The translations under genes and the position numbers were made by a program. Below, piece after piece: positions 62,620 to 64,000 of a DNA stretch of 64,000 nt. The stretch covers positions 96,001 through 160,000 of the forward strand of contig CAWFJJ010000024.1 of NCBI GenBank assembly GCA_963816185.1. Reading direction: 5' to 3'. Below the pieces are notes generated by a model that saw only the letters and a program-made list of their open reading frames with translations, had not been told where the DNA came from and did not search any database. The stretch comes from Thermoanaerobaculia bacterium (GTDB lineage: Bacteria; Acidobacteriota; Thermoanaerobaculia; UBA5066). The stretch's first letter is position 1. Every line of letters begins with the position of its first letter.

Positions 62620-64000
62620 ATGGCGCGACGCATCCTCGTCTGCGACGACGAAGCCGACATCCGCGAATCGCTCCGGACGTGCTGGCGAGGAGGGATACGA
62701 CGTGACGGCGGTCGCCTCGGGGGCGAGCGAGGTTACCGAGGCGCCCGACCACGACGCCGTCCTGCTCGACATCAAGATGCCCGGCCAGGACGGTCTCGAG
62801 ACGCTCGCGGAGCTGCGCGCGCGCGGGATCGCGACGCCCGTGATCGTGGTCTCCGGCCACGGCGACGTGAGGACGGCGATGGACGCGGTGCGGGCCGGGG
62901 CCGAGGACTTCCTCGAGAAGCCCCTCTCGTCCGAGCACGTCCTGAACGCGCTCCGGCGGGTCCTCGACTCGACGCGCCTCGCGCGCGAGAACCTCGAGCT
63001 GAAGTCGCGCCTCGGCCTCACGCGCCTCGTCGGGAACGGAGGGCGATGCGCCGGCTGCTGGCCGACGTCGCGAAAGCCGCGCCGACGCCCGCGACCGTCC
63101 TCATCGTCGGGCCGAGCGGTACGGGCAAGGAGCTGGTCGCGCGCGCGATCCACGAGGGCTCGCTGGTGAAGGCCGGCCCGTTCGTCCAGGTGAACTGCGC
63201 GGCCATCCCGGACAGCCTCATCGAGTCCGAGCTCTTCGGCCACAAGCGCGGCTCGTTCACGGGCGCCGACCGAAAGCAGACGGGGAAGTTCGTCGAGGCC
63301 GACGCGGGACGATCTTCCTCGACGAGTGGGGGACATGTCCGCCTCGGCGCAGGCGAAGGTGCTGCGCGTCCTCCAGGAGGGCGAGGTCGAGCCGGTCGGG
63401 TAGCCCGCGGGTCGTGAAGGTGAAGGTGCGGTCGTGGCCGCACGAACCGCGACCTCACGGTCCTGATCGCGCAGGGGAAGTTCCGCGAGGACCTCTTTAC
63501 CGGCTCAACGTCCTCGCCGCTCAGGACGCCACGCTCGCCGACCGCCCCGAGGACATCCCCGACCTCGTCCTCTACTTCGCCGAGCTGTTCGCGCGGACGA
63601 ACAACTACAGGCCGAAACGGTTCACCGACGCCGCGCTCGAGGCGCTCGCGGCGCGGCCCTGGCCTGGGAACGTCGCGAGCTGAAGAACCACGTCGAGCGG
63701 CTGATGATCATGACCGAGGGGACGTGGTCGACGCCGCGGACGTCGACCCCGGCGCGGCCCCGCGGCGAGGCCGGCGCCGCCCCCGCCCGCGGTCGTCGTG
63801 CGCGGGGGCCGCGTGGTCGCCGCGGGCCGCGTGCCGCCGCCGGCGCCGGAGCGGGGAAAGGATCCTCGCGGTCCCGACGCTCCAGGCCTTCCAGGACGAG
63901 GCGGAAAAGCTCTTCCTCGTCGCGGGCTCGACAAGAATGGCGGGAACGTGACGCGCACGGCGGAGGCCATCGACACGCCGCGCTCGAACCTCTACAAGAA
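62620..64000 (+). CDS. Sigma54-dependent NtrC/NtrX-family response regulator; many apparent frameshifts, runs off the window
   Basis: [65 protein letters not shown] at end. Confidence 0.85.

Noticed and set aside
3500-64000. Frameshifts in cytochrome b, tetraheme cytochrome, dnaE2, ECF sigma, znuA-like, DUF4331, cysK and the NtrC-family gene as programmed frameshifting or pseudogenisation
   Set aside because: Those examined are single-base changes in short G/C runs with no slippery heptamer, no in-frame stops accumulate, and density rises toward the window end; long-read consensus error is the simpler explanation (read polishing would settle it).
1-64000. Long antisense and alternate-frame ORFs (e.g. 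564..3332, 1238..3706, 3010..5253, 22160..24592, 41153..43084)
   Set aside because: Arg/Ala/Pro-rich shadow frames expected in high-GC DNA opposite or overlapping well-supported genes; no motifs.

Overview
High-GC (roughly 69-70% by eye) bacterial chromosomal segment; gene content suggests Acidobacteriota (Thermoanaerobaculia-like), which is an inference. Left to right: (1) a quinone-linked respiratory cluster (monoheme cytochrome c, Rieske protein, cytochrome b fused to a 9-heme cytochrome c, tetraheme cytochrome c, NrfC/NrfD-like pair, membrane protein, NfnA-NfnB-rubrerythrin-like fusion); (2) wcaJ-like sugar transferase and three GT4 glycosyltransferases; (3) yceD-rpmF-plsX-fabH-fabD-fabG-acpP-fabF; (4) two tandem M28 peptidases; (5) a split imuA-imuB / dnaE2 mutagenesis cassette whose two promoters share a candidate operator; (6) mixed housekeeping genes (long GreA, S9 peptidase, fdhD, cysteine dioxygenase, PBP1B, AlkA-like glycosylase, DprE1/E2-like pair); (7) a DUF4331-TPR-metal ABC-ECF sigma/ChrR-like operon with matching ECF promoters; (8) tRNA-Sec, cysK and an NtrC-family regulator. 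Many single-base frameshifts, densest after ~51.7 kb, look like long-read assembly errors. The most striking unexplained signal is a dispersed non-coding element family (about 10 loci). It has AT-rich inverted termini with core TTCT(A/T)AGAA around GC-rich hairpin cassettes. The cassettes include a T-shaped hairpin present in both flip and flop orientations and a stem with compensatory base changes. The elements sit in frame inside dnaE2, a DNA glycosylase and a glycosyltransferase, and overlap signal-peptide and tail coding sequence.
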